A stretch of 64,000 nucleotides of DNA, taken from IMG/VR virus record IMGVR_UViG_3300049433_000291, one strand, 5' to 3'. A program made the position numbers and the translations under genes. Of the stretch, positions 37,054 to 46,628 are shown one piece after another. The first letter of the stretch is position 1; each line of letters opens with the position of its first letter. Below the pieces are notes generated by a model. The model was not told the origin of the DNA and made no database searches. It saw only the letters and a list, made by a program, of their open reading frames with translations. The stretch comes from an uncultured virus (IMG/VR IMGVR_UViG_3300049433_000291). Taxonomy: Duplodnaviria; Heunggongvirae; Uroviricota; Caudoviricetes.

Positions 37054-39993
37054 CTAGTGAAGCAGGTCGAGGTCCGGGGCTTCTTTCACAGGGTCTGTCG
37101 GGTTGAGTTGCGTGGTGAGAGATGCTTGTTGCTGATCCCGCTGCGGTAGATGCGCCTGGGAGTGGTGTTCTCTCTCAGGGAGATGGAAAGCGTCGGTTTT
37201 GGCCGCGCCCGGGTTTTGGTGGGTGTGAAGGGAGTCGTTTCGTTGCTGGTCAGCGTGGCGCAGGTGATCGCCCGGCAATGTTTGAGGTTCCGCGCCTTTG
37301 TGTGTTTGCTTCGTCTGTGTATGTGCCGCGAGCTCGGCGCGATTAACGAGCGTTTCGACTCGATAGCGTTCTGTCGGGTCCTGGTGGCGGGTAGCGTAGA
37401 TTTCGAGCTGAACGATTTGTTTGGGAGTAAAGGTGGCGTCAGGGATAGGCTGCCCGGTGGTCAATAAGTGTTCGCGGTGGGAATCACTCAGGCCTTTGGT
37501 GAGCTCGTGGCAATGGGCCGCCTTGGTTACATCTTCTTTGAGGCGGGCTTGTTCAGTGTCGACGGCTTTGGTCGTTTCGCTTCGCAGGTGGCGATGTTCT
37601 TTTGATTCAGTGACGCGTTGAGCCAGCCACATTACGGGATGGCGAGGGTGACGAAAATCGAAGAGGCGGCCGGTTTGTTCGCGTCCTTCCAGGTCCTTGA
37701 TAGCTACCGGGGTAAACTGCTTGTGTTCTTTGAAGGACTCGAGTCTTTCGGTAGCTTGGCGAAGAGCGATTTCACTGAGAACTTCGCGACCGATAGCGCG
37801 AGCTGCTCGGTCAGTGAGCGAAGGTTTCTTATCGTCAGCAAGCTGACGTTCCTCGAAGCGAGCTTCGAGTATAAAAGCTTGTTTCAGCATGGCCGGGTCT
37901 GACAGGGTATTACCATGTTCTATAAGTTGGTTTATTTCTGTGCGGGTAAGGACTTTTTCCTGACGCTCGCCGCCACGGGCGAGCAAGCGGGCTTGCTCCT
38001 TAACGTGGATTTCAGAAAGCACGGACGTCATACGGCCGGCTTCCTTGACTGCTGCTGACAAGGCTTGGCGCCGTTCTTCAATCCTCTCAACCACAACTTC
38101 GCGGATTTCCTTGAGTTCCTTTACCTGAGTTGCACCCTCACGTCTGCTGGATGGTCTCAGGTGTAGCGTGCTTATCTTGAGTGGTGTGCCGAAGAGTCGC
38201 GAGCGGTTTTCTTGCTCGCTTATGCGTCGGTCGAGATCTGTTAGCGAGTACTTTTCGGCGTCGATTTCCCAGCGAGTTTGGTGACGGGTCCTCTCGAATT
38301 GGTGGGCGCGTTCTTGGCGGGCGGCCTGTTCGGAGCGAGCAGTAAGTAGTTGGCCGTCGAGACGCGCGATCTCTTGATCTGAGCGGGCGTGGTCACCACG
38401 TTCTGTAGCGAGACTCTCTCTTATATTTTCGATGGTATGAACGCGCGCAGGGTTCCGGGCGGCTATTGCCTGATCCTGTAGTTTGGTGATCTCACTGGGC
38501 CTGAGTAACGGGATAGGTAGAGGCGCCTGATTGGCTTTGTAATGCTGCTGGATTTGGTGAACGTGAGGCTTCAGTTCTGCGTGTTGGCTTCTGGCAACGG
38601 TTAACTGAGTTTCCAGTTTAGTAACGGTTTTAGCGACAATAATTTGGTGATCGCCGATTCCTTTTTCGTGGCGTTCGATCTCGGAATCGTAGCGAGACTG
38701 CCGGGCCTGGTGGCGTTTGTCGGGGTTGGCGATCTCGGCCTGGCGAACAGCGGAAGTGGCGCTGGCATCTGCGCGCCGGCGAATGTCGAATTCGGATATT
38801 TGTCTCGTGCGTCCATGGGTGGCGTCGTATACGCGGAACCTTCGTTTGTCTCCGTGCTCGCGGGTACTTTTCAGGTCTGATTCCAGGCGGTCTACTTCGC
38901 CGCGGGCAACCATTGAACGTCCCAGGATGTAGCGATCGCGCCAGAGATGTTCAGAGACGTTCGGTGGTTTTTCGAACTCTTCCACGGAGGAAGAGGGTTC
39001 GTGCATATGGACCTGGGTTTCCTGTGGCTCATTGGATAGATTGGAAAAAGAAATGTAAGTATCCGGCTGGTTATGATCGATGGAGAGAGGGGCTTCTTCG
39101 TGCGCGTCTGAAGGTTGGGTGAGGTCACTCGAATAATCCGGCGAGCGGTCTTGCTCTGGTGTCTCGATCGGATGACGGTCATTGGAGTCGGGAGCAATGT
39201 CGTTGGTGTCAGAGACTACGGGGGCCGGGTTGATTTGATTATTTCCCTGAGCCAGTTCTTCATGGTTCGTTTGGGAGTGATCGGCATCAGGACTTAGCTC
39301 GTGGGCGAGAGCTTCCTTGTCGGTGGTCTGATGAATTGCTTCATCGTGATTTGGAATTGGGGATAGGTTTTTGTCCTGCTCTTTTGAGCATCTTTCCGGA
39401 TTTCTTGCGCGCAGAAGTTCGCGCTGTTTTTCGATACCGTTACTAACGGCCTGGGCTATCTTTCCAAGGACAAAAGTTTTTTCACCTTGCTCGTCTTTAG
39501 TGTTGTGAGGAAGCAGAGTCCGGGGGAGGTGCGCGATGCGCTTTCCCTTTTCGGTGGTACGATCCCAGCCTTCGCGGCTGATAGCGATATGGGCGTGTGG
39601 GTGCTCTGTATTTAGGTGGATGCCGGCAACCCAATGTAGCTCTACGAAATTGACCTCGTTTTCGATTTCTTCAGCGGCCTCGCGGATGATCTCTTTGAAG
39701 GCTTCTATCTGCTCCTCGCGGGTTTCTCCGAGTTGTTCAAAATCTTCCTTTTCTAGTGAGACGACAATATGTACCAGGTCTTCTTTTTCAGCGAGGGAGC
39801 CGGAGGTTTGAGCTAGTAATTCGTTTGCTTCGAGGTAGGTGAGTCTGTCTTCATTCGCGGAAAAGAGTGGACGAGGTTCTTTATCCTGGAGTCCTTCCTT
39901 TTCGGGGTTGCGTTTAGACTCGGCGATATAACGAGTAACGCCGCTGGCGCCTCCTGAAGAGCTGGGTTTGATTGCGACTACTACGTTTCCCAT
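37054..39993 (-). CDS. HUH relaxase (MOBP-like) with long coiled-coil C-terminus
   Basis: Motif I TRYIA, motif II HIVVSL, motif III GIHLNTEHPHAHIAI. Confidence 0.9.
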   Translation of the reverse strand: MGNVVVAIKPSSSGGASGVTRYIAESKRNPEKEGLQDKEPRPLFSANEDRLTYLEANELLAQTSGSLAEKEDLVHIVVSLEKEDFEQLGETREEQIEAFKEIIREAAEEIENEVNFVELHWVAGIHLNTEHPHAHIAISREGWDRTTEKGKRIAHLPRTLLPHNTKDEQGEKTFVLGKIAQAVSNGIEKQRELLRARNPERCSKEQDKNLSPIPNHDEAIHQTTDKEALAHELSPDADHSQTNHEELAQGNNQINPAPVVSDTNDIAPDSNDRHPIETPEQDRSPDYSSDLTQPSDAHEEAPLSIDHNQPDTYISFSNLSNEPQETQVHMHEPSSSVEEFEKPPNVSEHLWRDRYILGRSMVARGEVDRLESDLKSTREHGDKRRFRVYDATHGRTRQISEFDIRRRADASATSAVRQAEIANPDKRHQARQSRYDSEIERHEKGIGDHQIIVAKTVTKLETQLTVARSQHAELKPHVHQIQQHYKANQAPLPIPLLRPSEITKLQDQAIAARNPARVHTIENIRESLATERGDHARSDQEIARLDGQLLTARSEQAARQERAHQFERTRHQTRWEIDAEKYSLTDLDRRISEQENRSRLFGTPLKISTLHLRPSSRREGATQVKELKEIREVVVERIEERRQALSAAVKEAGRMTSVLSEIHVKEQARLLARGGERQEKVLTRTEINQLIEHGNTLSDPAMLKQAFILEARFEERQLADDKKPSLTDRAARAIGREVLSEIALRQATERLESFKEHKQFTPVAIKDLEGREQTGRLFDFRHPRHPVMWLAQRVTESKEHRHLRSETTKAVDTEQARLKEDVTKAAHCHELTKGLSDSHREHLLTTGQPIPDATFTPKQIVQLEIYATRHQDPTERYRVETLVNRAELAAHTQTKQTHKGAEPQTLPGDHLRHADQQRNDSLHTHQNPGAAKTDAFHLPEREHHSQAHLPQRDQQQASLTTQLNPTDPVKEAPDLDLLH

Positions 39994-40053
39994 TTAGCAG
40001 TTTACGGAGTTCCGGGAGTGAGCGGAGGATTAGGCCGCGAAGGGCTGTTCAAT

Positions 40054-40069
40054 AACAAGAGGTGTGCCA
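40054..40069 (-). promoter_or_regulatory. Sigma54-like promoter of the relaxase
   Basis: TGGCAC-ACCTC-TTGTT, 60 bp upstream of the relaxase ATG. Confidence 0.45.
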
Positions 40070-40079
40070 GGAGGGTCGT

Positions 40080-40808
40080 TCAGGTTTGGTCTTCTGAGGG
40101 ATTAATTAAGATCAGTTGGTACTCATCCGGATAGCGAAATTCGAGGGACATTTGTTCGACCATCTGGAGTCCTTCTAGCCGAGCATCATCTCGATGGGTT
40201 AGGGATGCTTGAAACGAGTCTTTATTGTGTGCTGGATCGTTTCTAAGGATGGGCTCGGCGATGTAGCGTTGGATGAAATCGAGAGTGGCCCAGGTGGCGG
40301 CAAAGTTTTGGCCGGAGAGCATGTAATGAGCTGCGGCGAAGGCTCTTAATCGCGCCAGTTCTTCCTTCGTGTTTTTGAGTTCCTCGGCGAGTCGTTGGAG
40401 TAAGGTCATCAGTGCCGAATCCTGATCGTCAGATGGGACAAGGGCAGTGTCCGCGTTTGCGGACGGCAAGGGAATGGATGCAGTTTTCAAGCAGTCGAGA
40501 ATAGCAGCCAGAGCGGCGTTTACTGGTGTCAGTTGTTCAGCAATTATCTGTTGGTGAAGCTTCCTTACTGGACCAGCCAGTTCCATTGTGTCTTTGGCTT
40601 GTCCGGAAACCCGTATGGTGACTGCCCAGTCATGGACAATATCGCGTAAAAGTTCGGCGGGCGTAGTGTGTCTTCTGCCTACGAACTCATGAAAAAGACC
40701 GTGGTCGGCGGCCCAGAGTAAAGTCCCGGTGACTTCGCGTGCAAGTTCCTTTTTATGGCTTATGCTCTGGCTGCGGCGTCTGCGTTTGGTGGGTTCTTGC
40801 TTTGGCAT
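40080..40808 (-). CDS. MobC-like relaxosome accessory protein (possible ribbon-helix-helix)
   Basis: Directly upstream of relaxase; basic N-terminus and TTPAELLRDIV helix; start at ATG 40808 is uncertain. Confidence 0.5.
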   Translation of the reverse strand: MPKQEPTKRRRRSQSISHKKELAREVTGTLLWAADHGLFHEFVGRRHTTPAELLRDIVHDWAVTIRVSGQAKDTMELAGPVRKLHQQIIAEQLTPVNAALAAILDCLKTASIPLPSANADTALVPSDDQDSALMTLLQRLAEELKNTKEELARLRAFAAAHYMLSGQNFAATWATLDFIQRYIAEPILRNDPAHNKDSFQASLTHRDDARLEGLQMVEQMSLEFRYPDEYQLILINPSEDQT

Positions 40809-41509
40809 TTCTGACCTCGTCTGACCTCGATCTGACTTCGATTGAGAAGTGTTTAGAGCATTCCCTGAGAGGGAAGACGGGCGATTAAATGGCAAGTGGT
40901 GTACCTGAGGGAGATAGGTAGCATTTTTAATCGGACGAGTGCTGAGATTAAAGACTAACTACAAGTAACTAAAAGGCCTGATGATGGAAATTAAAGGAGA
41001 AAAAGGGAGGAGTGTCGGCAAGTGAAGGAAATACGGAGGATAGAAGGTGTGCTGGTGCAATTCTATTGAGGTTGAGCAATGAGAGGGGAAAAGGGTCTCA
41101 AGAACCAAGTGTTGTAAAGGTAAACACCTATTTTAATGGAGTTATGTGCGATATTAAAGAAAATCGCGTGACCTTAAAGAATTAAAAGTCCAAGTGCGGC
41201 AAATACATGGTTTAGAGCGACGAATTGGGGAGGAGGCTTACAATCCTGTCTACGGTAATAAAAAGGCTTTCTTTTCAGTATTCCTGAGACTGCTTTTGAA
41301 TGGGTCGAGGGTCTCTTTCAGGCGAGGTGTTTGGTTAATGACGGGATGAATCATAGGTGGGTGTTTATAGCGCCATTGGGCTGACCTCGGTATGGTGCAA
41401 CTGGTGGAAAAAAGCCCAGCGGTTTTGGCATGAAGAAAGGCGATGGCCTGACCCGGTGAGTGGAGTCAAGTCATCGCCTTTTCGGTGGCAGGAATCTATG
41501 GTTGGAAGC

Positions 41510-41926
41510 TTAGGCGGGTAATCGTGCGGGACTAACCAGGTGGAGTTCTTGAAGTCGGGCGCAGTTGCCGAATCTTCTTTGGTAATCAAGCGGTTCCATG
41601 AGCTCTCGCAGCCGCTGTTTCTGAGTTCGTTCAATCTGTTGTCGCTGTCCATTAACCCAGCCTGAGAATTGTGGGTAATCGGCGACATTTTGATCGGCTT
41701 TTCTGCGAACGAGAACGAGTTGGGCGCTGTTAACAATATCGTTCCAGAGAGCTTCCGGAGACTTGGGAGCCTGCAACTGTTGTTGGATTCTGCCTATTAC
41801 ATAGGCGACCATTACGGCTGCCCTGGTGGCTTCAATTGCGAGCATCCGCGATATCTCCTCACGAGCATGATTGCGGCTTGCTGTTTCCTGTTGACGAATG
41901 CTTCCGTTGCTATATGGACTACTCAT
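41510..41926 (-). CDS. Hypothetical protein
   Basis: AGGAGG RBS; preceded by conserved upstream motif B. Confidence 0.7.
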   Translation of the reverse strand: MSSPYSNGSIRQQETASRNHAREEISRMLAIEATRAAVMVAYVIGRIQQQLQAPKSPEALWNDIVNSAQLVLVRRKADQNVADYPQFSGWVNGQRQQIERTQKQRLRELMEPLDYQRRFGNCARLQELHLVSPARLPA

Positions 41927-42173
41927 TGTCTGCCTCCTAAAGTTCTAGGCCTGGACTTCCTAAAATCAATTCATTGCAGTCCGCCTAAAACCTTTCTTGG
42001 CTTCCAGAGGTTCAGGGTCAATGAATCAATGATTGAATGAGTCTTCGAGGAATGGTCGAAACGCTTGTCTGTGTTTTGGTGCGTGAGGTTGGAGGGATTC
42101 CGGCACGGCGTTTGATAGGAAAGGGCATGGGCCAAGTGCCGCAGAATTCCTCCAAGATAAGGACACAGAAGTT

Positions 42174-42500
42174 ATGAATGAAAATGACGGCGCGGTGGGG
42201 AAACCAGCTGCAGGAAAGTCTGCTCCCTTGCTGGTGCTCAGCCGTGTAACTTTCAAGAAGTTGAGACTTGAGATCCGGTCTGAAACGCATGACCAGCTCA
42301 TTAAGTACGTGACCTTTTACCAACAGTCCGCAGGTGTGAAGCCTGATGAATCAGAGTTGGTCGATGCCGCTTTGGTTCGTGCGTTTCAAGATGACAAAGG
42401 GTTTCAGAGTTTTCTTAGCAATGGCGGCGGCTCAAGAGTTGGTAAGTCGCAGCCGGCTGTGAGTGGTGTTGAAGGCGGGAAAGGAGGTGGTCAGACCTAG
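42174..42500 (+). CDS. DUF2274-like small protein
   Basis: KLRLEI..ETHDQL.KY..FY......DESELVDAAL.RAFQDDKGF resembles DUF2274 proteins of conjugative elements. Confidence 0.6.
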   Translation: MNENDGAVGKPAAGKSAPLLVLSRVTFKKLRLEIRSETHDQLIKYVTFYQQSAGVKPDESELVDAALVRAFQDDKGFQSFLSNGGGSRVGKSQPAVSGVEGGKGGGQT

Positions 42501-42997
42501 AGAGTCCGCCTTCGTTCGTGCCGGGACAGAGCCCTGTTAGGGGCGATTGGAACCGGCTGAAAGGAAAGTGCCGCCGTGGATTTCTTATCTCTTCGGCGGC
42601 GCTTTCTTTTCATTGTTGGTGGCAAAGCTGTGGGGTTCAAATCTGGCGGGGTCTTAAGTCAGAGAAAAGGAATAAATGCGGGCGTATTGATAACAGCTAT
42701 TATGACCGGGAGCGCCGAGTGAGGCGCTGCTTTGGGGAGGTCATAATAACCTGTTATCAGATGACCGGCCTTGTTGAGGCGGGTTGCTTTGAACTCGCCT
42801 CGGCCCCTTTGTTCGAGGGCAGTCGCAGATGGTTTTGCTGCGGCGTCCGAGAACTGATTGTTTGTTAATTAAGTTGAGATTGGATGATTTGGATCGAGGA
42901 TTTGGAGTGGTAGGAGTGCGGCGAACTCGCTGTGAGGATTTTGAGCGCAGTGCTAGATAGACAAGTGCGCGGGCCTGGTGGGTTTGAGATCGCGGTC

Positions 42998-43036
42998 AAA
43001 AAAAATGCCGCCGGGGCTCTGGGTCCAGCGGCGGTG
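42998..43036 (-). terminator. Intrinsic terminator ending the leading-region genes
   Basis: Imperfect GC-rich hairpin followed by T8 on the minus strand. Confidence 0.55.
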
Positions 43037-43041
43037 TCTTT

Positions 43042-43296
43042 TCAAAATTGTTGGAGTTGTCGATAAAAATTGTACATCGCTTCTTCGTTGAGTTCGTAGC
43101 TTGTAATTGCACGTTGTTTTCGGAGATTTCGTGTATCGCCGGTGCAGTCGAAGACGTGGACAACGTCGTTCTTTTGGTTCGGCTGACTTGGTTGGCGTAC
43201 GTATCCGAAGAGAAATCCAGGCAGGTTTTTAATGCCTTGGAGATTGTCTTCGGCGTCTTCTTTGGTGTGGAAGCTTTGGGTGGTTTCAATTAGCAC
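43042..43296 (-). CDS. Small hypothetical protein
   Basis: GTG 43296 with AAGGAG 8 nt upstream; C-terminal part of the 43042..43638 ORF. Confidence 0.55.
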   Translation of the reverse strand: MLIETTQSFHTKEDAEDNLQGIKNLPGFLFGYVRQPSQPNQKNDVVHVFDCTGDTRNLRKQRAITSYELNEEAMYNFYRQLQQF

Positions 43297-43375
43297 GAAT
43301 GGCACTCCTTCAATCGAAACGCCGCGCTGGTGTTTTAAGCCCAGAGCGGCATTTCGGAAAACTTTGCTCTTGTTT

Positions 43376-43711
43376 TCAGGCTGCGATCTCTTGCGAGTTT
43401 TTGGTTGCGAGCTCGCAGCCATTGAGACCGCAGGCGTTGGTGTGTGCGACGTAGCTGCGTTTGTTTTCGTCAACGAGCATGAGCGGTAACGAGCAGCTCT
43501 CAGGGATTCCGATGAAGAGTTTGCCGTCGACTTTAATGTGAGCGCCGGGCAGCGGAAGTTCGGCGTTTGTTCGGCAGAACATGGTGCCGGTAGCGTCTTC
43601 GATTGTGAAGAAAGCGAACGGCGTTTGGTAGCTCGCACGAACGACGCCGGCTACGGTCACGTTCTTGTCTTTGCGTCGAAGTGGGTCAGCGTTGAGTTGA
43701 GAGATAAGCAT
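43376..43711 (-). CDS. OB-fold nucleic-acid-binding protein
   Basis: VTVAGVV...FFTIEDATG......P.PGAHIKVDGK; GGAGG RBS. Confidence 0.7.
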   Translation of the reverse strand: MLISQLNADPLRRKDKNVTVAGVVRASYQTPFAFFTIEDATGTMFCRTNAELPLPGAHIKVDGKLFIGIPESCSLPLMLVDENKRSYVAHTNACGLNGCELATKNSQEIAA

Positions 43712-43778
43712 GTTTTCAGGCCTCCAAGGCTGCGAACGTAATGTCGGCGAACTCGCAGCAAAAGTAGTGCCGGGGCGG

Positions 43779-44192
43779 TTAGAAGATTAGGACGCCATCG
43801 GCGCTGATGCGGTCGCAAAGTGGCATGCGAACGTGCAGGCCGTAAACTCGCGCGAGTGTTGCCATGTCGTCGTCGGAGTCGAGGGCGCCATGGTAAGCAT
43901 CCCAGGCAGCCGTGTAGCGCAGCTCTTCGGTTTCGGGAACGTTCGAGGCGTCGTCGTGATGTCTTTTGAAGCGTTCTGCGGTGCCGCTAGGCAGTCCGTA
44001 ATCGCTTACGAGCTGTTGCAGCATTCCGAGAAAATCGTCGCTGGCAGCGAACTCGCTGGTGTCATCGGGGAACTCCGCGGGTAGCGGCTCGTTGCGGTGG
44101 TACGAGGAATATTCGGTGTCGAGATCGAGTAGGGCTATGTCGCGATCCGCATCGTTTGGATTGGCTGTTTCGAGTGAAGCTAAGGTAGTCAT
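43779..44192 (-). CDS. Highly acidic hypothetical protein
   Basis: About 28 D+E versus 9 K+R in 137 aa (hand count); GGAGG RBS. Confidence 0.7.
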   Translation of the reverse strand: MTTLASLETANPNDADRDIALLDLDTEYSSYHRNEPLPAEFPDDTSEFAASDDFLGMLQQLVSDYGLPSGTAERFKRHHDDASNVPETEELRYTAAWDAYHGALDSDDDMATLARVYGLHVRMPLCDRISADGVLIF

Positions 44193-44258
44193 GGTGTGCC
44201 TCCCAGAAGTAATAAAATCAATTCGTTGCAGTCAGCCAAAATCCTGTTTTTGAAAACG

Positions 44259-44300
44259 AAAAAAGCGCTTGCCCTTAACCCTTCATGGGTGGACAAGCGC
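44259..44300 (-). terminator. Intrinsic terminator after the SLOG gene
   Basis: GCGCTTGTCC...GGGCAAGCGC plus T6 on the minus strand. Confidence 0.65.
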
Positions 44301-44338
44301 CATCGCGTTTTGGTCGGCGAACTCGCCGGAATTCTGCG

Positions 44339-44902
44339 TTAGGCGGCGAGTGCGGCGCGCGAGGTGAAGTTAGACCAGGCGTTGACCGCATCAATCCGAG
44401 TGCGCGCGTAGTACAGGCAGTTCTTTGTCCCACCTGATGTGCCGTCCCACATTGCGAGTACAAGCGCGTTGGCGGGGCCGGGACCGTTCTTGAGCGCCAG
44501 GTCTACCATTCTCTCGTTTCGGATCTGCATCTTGTTTGGCGCATATTCGCCGGGTGAACAAACAATCACCTTGGCGGCGTGGCGAATGTAGTTGGCATAA
44601 GCGCGACGTGCGTGAAGTGGCCACTGAGATTCTTGGCCGCGGAAAGGAATGCAAGCAACGTATGGTAATCCGAGATTCAAGCAGGCCTCGACGATCGCGG
44701 TATCCCATCCCAGGGCCATTCCGGAAATCGCGCCACGTGGGCGAAGGGCGGCCAGCCAGTCGATTGCAATCTGTTTAAGAGCGGTCTGGGCGGCCTCGCT
44801 GAAGCCTCCGCATTTCTGGGAGCGGTGGCCAGTAGCGACGATGATGCGGCTGTGGAAGTCGGGAGTAATTTCAGACGGCCGTTGGAATGGTAGAAACAAC
44901 AT
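44339..44902 (-). CDS. SLOG-superfamily protein (YspA/DUF1273-like)
   Basis: ATGHR, ISGMALGWD, IPF.GQE..W, RNERMVD, WDGTSGGT. Confidence 0.85.
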   Translation of the reverse strand: MLFLPFQRPSEITPDFHSRIIVATGHRSQKCGGFSEAAQTALKQIAIDWLAALRPRGAISGMALGWDTAIVEACLNLGLPYVACIPFRGQESQWPLHARRAYANYIRHAAKVIVCSPGEYAPNKMQIRNERMVDLALKNGPGPANALVLAMWDGTSGGTKNCLYYARTRIDAVNAWSNFTSRAALAA

Positions 44903-44964
44903 TGGAGTCAGTCACCTCGCGAGTAGAAAAAGTTAAAATCAGTAATTGCAGTCGAGTCTGAATC

Positions 44965-45444
44965 CTATTTCAGGTCGTAAACGGTGACCTGGAGTCCATG
45001 ATTGGAGAGCTCGTCGTCGATGATTTTGGCGATTGTTTGCCAGTTTCCACCGGCAAGTCCAGCCGCCATGCGTGGCATGTGGATCGAGGCTGTGTGAGTG
45101 AGGGCGAGTTGGCGAACTCGCTGGAGGCCTTTGCGGATGGCTTCGTAGCGGACTGGAGGTGGATGATTGAGGCGCCCATTAGCAATGCCGGATTGGCCAA
45201 TGATGTTCGCGACGCAGAGCCCGGTGGCGACGCGGACGAATTGGACGTTACCGAGGGCGAAAGGGAGAGTTTCGAGACCTGTCGCCCATCGGCGATAGGC
45301 GCGCTCGGGTTCGGGCCAGCGGTGTGAGAGGGCTTTGACGAATCCGGCATTCCAGTAGCCCTGGTCGTTGCAGCAATGAGTGATGATGCGGTTTTCAGAC
45401 CCTATTGGCTGGGTGGCATCGCCTCTGACGTAGTTGACTGGCAT
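44965..45444 (-). CDS. Macrodomain ADP-ribose-processing protein (Poa1/TARG1/DarG-like class)
   Basis: YVRGDAT, IITHCCND.G.W.AGF, IHMPRMAAGLAGGNW. Confidence 0.88.
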   Translation of the reverse strand: MPVNYVRGDATQPIGSENRIITHCCNDQGYWNAGFVKALSHRWPEPERAYRRWATGLETLPFALGNVQFVRVATGLCVANIIGQSGIANGRLNHPPPVRYEAIRKGLQRVRQLALTHTASIHMPRMAAGLAGGNWQTIAKIIDDELSNHGLQVTVYDLK

Positions 45445-45604
45445 TCGAGTTAGGTCTCCTGAAAATCAGAAAATCAGTGAATGCAGTCAGCAGGATTTCT
45501 GTTCGGCGTTTCGTTTGGGTTTGTCTTTGGGAGGCTGGGTGAAGGGTCTTGAATGAAGGCTCAGCCTCCCTTCTTAAAATGTTTTATGGGCAGGCTGGGG
45601 AATT

Positions 45605-45877
45605 TCAAACCGTTTTGTATTTGAGATTTGGGCTTGCAGGGATGGCAAACTCACCAGCGAAAGTGAGTGATTCGTTACAGGTTTCTTCTGAGGCGATTTC
45701 GATAACGCGTTTTGCGGCGGTGTCGAAATCGCATTCGATTTCTTCGAGCGGGTGTGAGGTTTGGATCTTGTAGGTATTGGTATTCAGGCGTTCGACGTAG
45801 GCGTAGCCGTAGTCGGCGCCGTCGCCGGTGGCGAGACTCGCAATTGATTCACGGACCATGTTCTGCCAGTTGGTCAT
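45605..45877 (-). CDS. Small hypothetical protein
   Basis: Co-oriented 90-aa ORF followed by an inverted repeat at 45529-45570. Confidence 0.5.
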   Translation of the reverse strand: MTNWQNMVRESIASLATGDGADYGYAYVERLNTNTYKIQTSHPLEEIECDFDTAAKRVIEIASEETCNESLTFAGEFAIPASPNLKYKTV

Positions 45878-45964
45878 AAGGAGGATCTTCGCGTGGGCCG
45901 GCGAAGCCGGCTGGTCCTATCGCAAGTAGTGTTCCTGTCGGCGAACTCGCTGGTAATTTGAGGT

Positions 45965-46168
45965 TCAGGCTGTTATTGGAGTGATGGAACGTCGTAATGG
46001 AACAAGAGCTTGGCAGACGAGTGTTGATAGCGCATCGCGCTGATCGTCTGACAGTTCATCGGGAATTCCCGTGATTGTGAAAGGCAGGAGAAGATTTATC
46101 TCGGCAACGGTAAGATTGGGACGGCCCGTATCTATCTTTGTTTTCGTGGTTACGGTGATGCGGAGCAT
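45965..46168 (-). CDS. Small hypothetical protein
   Basis: Co-oriented 67-aa ORF with motif A just downstream. Confidence 0.45.
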   Translation of the reverse strand: MLRITVTTKTKIDTGRPNLTVAEINLLLPFTITGIPDELSDDQRDALSTLVCQALVPLRRSITPITA

Positions 46169-46490
46169 GGTTTCTGCCTGGTCCGATCTCTTTTTGTGTA
46201 GGTTACAGGGTGCGATTTTAAGCTGTCGTTATCTGTATTTTTGAATAGCAGGCAAATGCTATTGCTCACGATCTTCGGGTTGTTCTTTGAATTCGGCGAC
46301 CTCGCCGATTTTCAAAATGAGGTTCAATGACTTGCTTTATTTTGCTTTCTTTGGAACGGAGCGGGCGGGGCGTGCCCTGGCAACGAGGCAGCCCCGCCGG
46401 TGGCTTCCGGCCGGGAGGCAGTCGGACGGAAGATCTTAATTGCGAACTCGTAGCTTGATGGCCGCTTTCTATTTCAGTGAACTTCTCGGC

Positions 46491-46628
46491 TTACAGTTTG
46501 TTCAAAGGGAATAGCTTTTCACAGGTAGCACAAAGCAGCATTCGTAAGCCGGTGGTCCAAAAGGACCGGAGCCTGACAAGACAACCGCTGCCGCATGATC
46601 CACAAATTCCTTGTGTACGTCGTTTCAT
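46491..46628 (-). CDS. 45-aa zinc-ribbon microprotein
   Basis: ATG 46628 with AAGGA RBS; CGSC...CATC. Confidence 0.5.
   Translation of the reverse strand: MKRRTQGICGSCGSGCLVRLRSFWTTGLRMLLCATCEKLFPLNKL

Noticed and set aside
42963..42970. AAGTGCGC as a MOBQ-type nic core
   Set aside because: Only 8 bp match, no adjacent inverted repeat recognised, and the relaxase looks MOBP-like
43297..43638. Upstream part of the 198-aa ORF 43042..43638
   Set aside because: Overlaps the OB-fold gene in another frame; a better start with RBS exists at 43296
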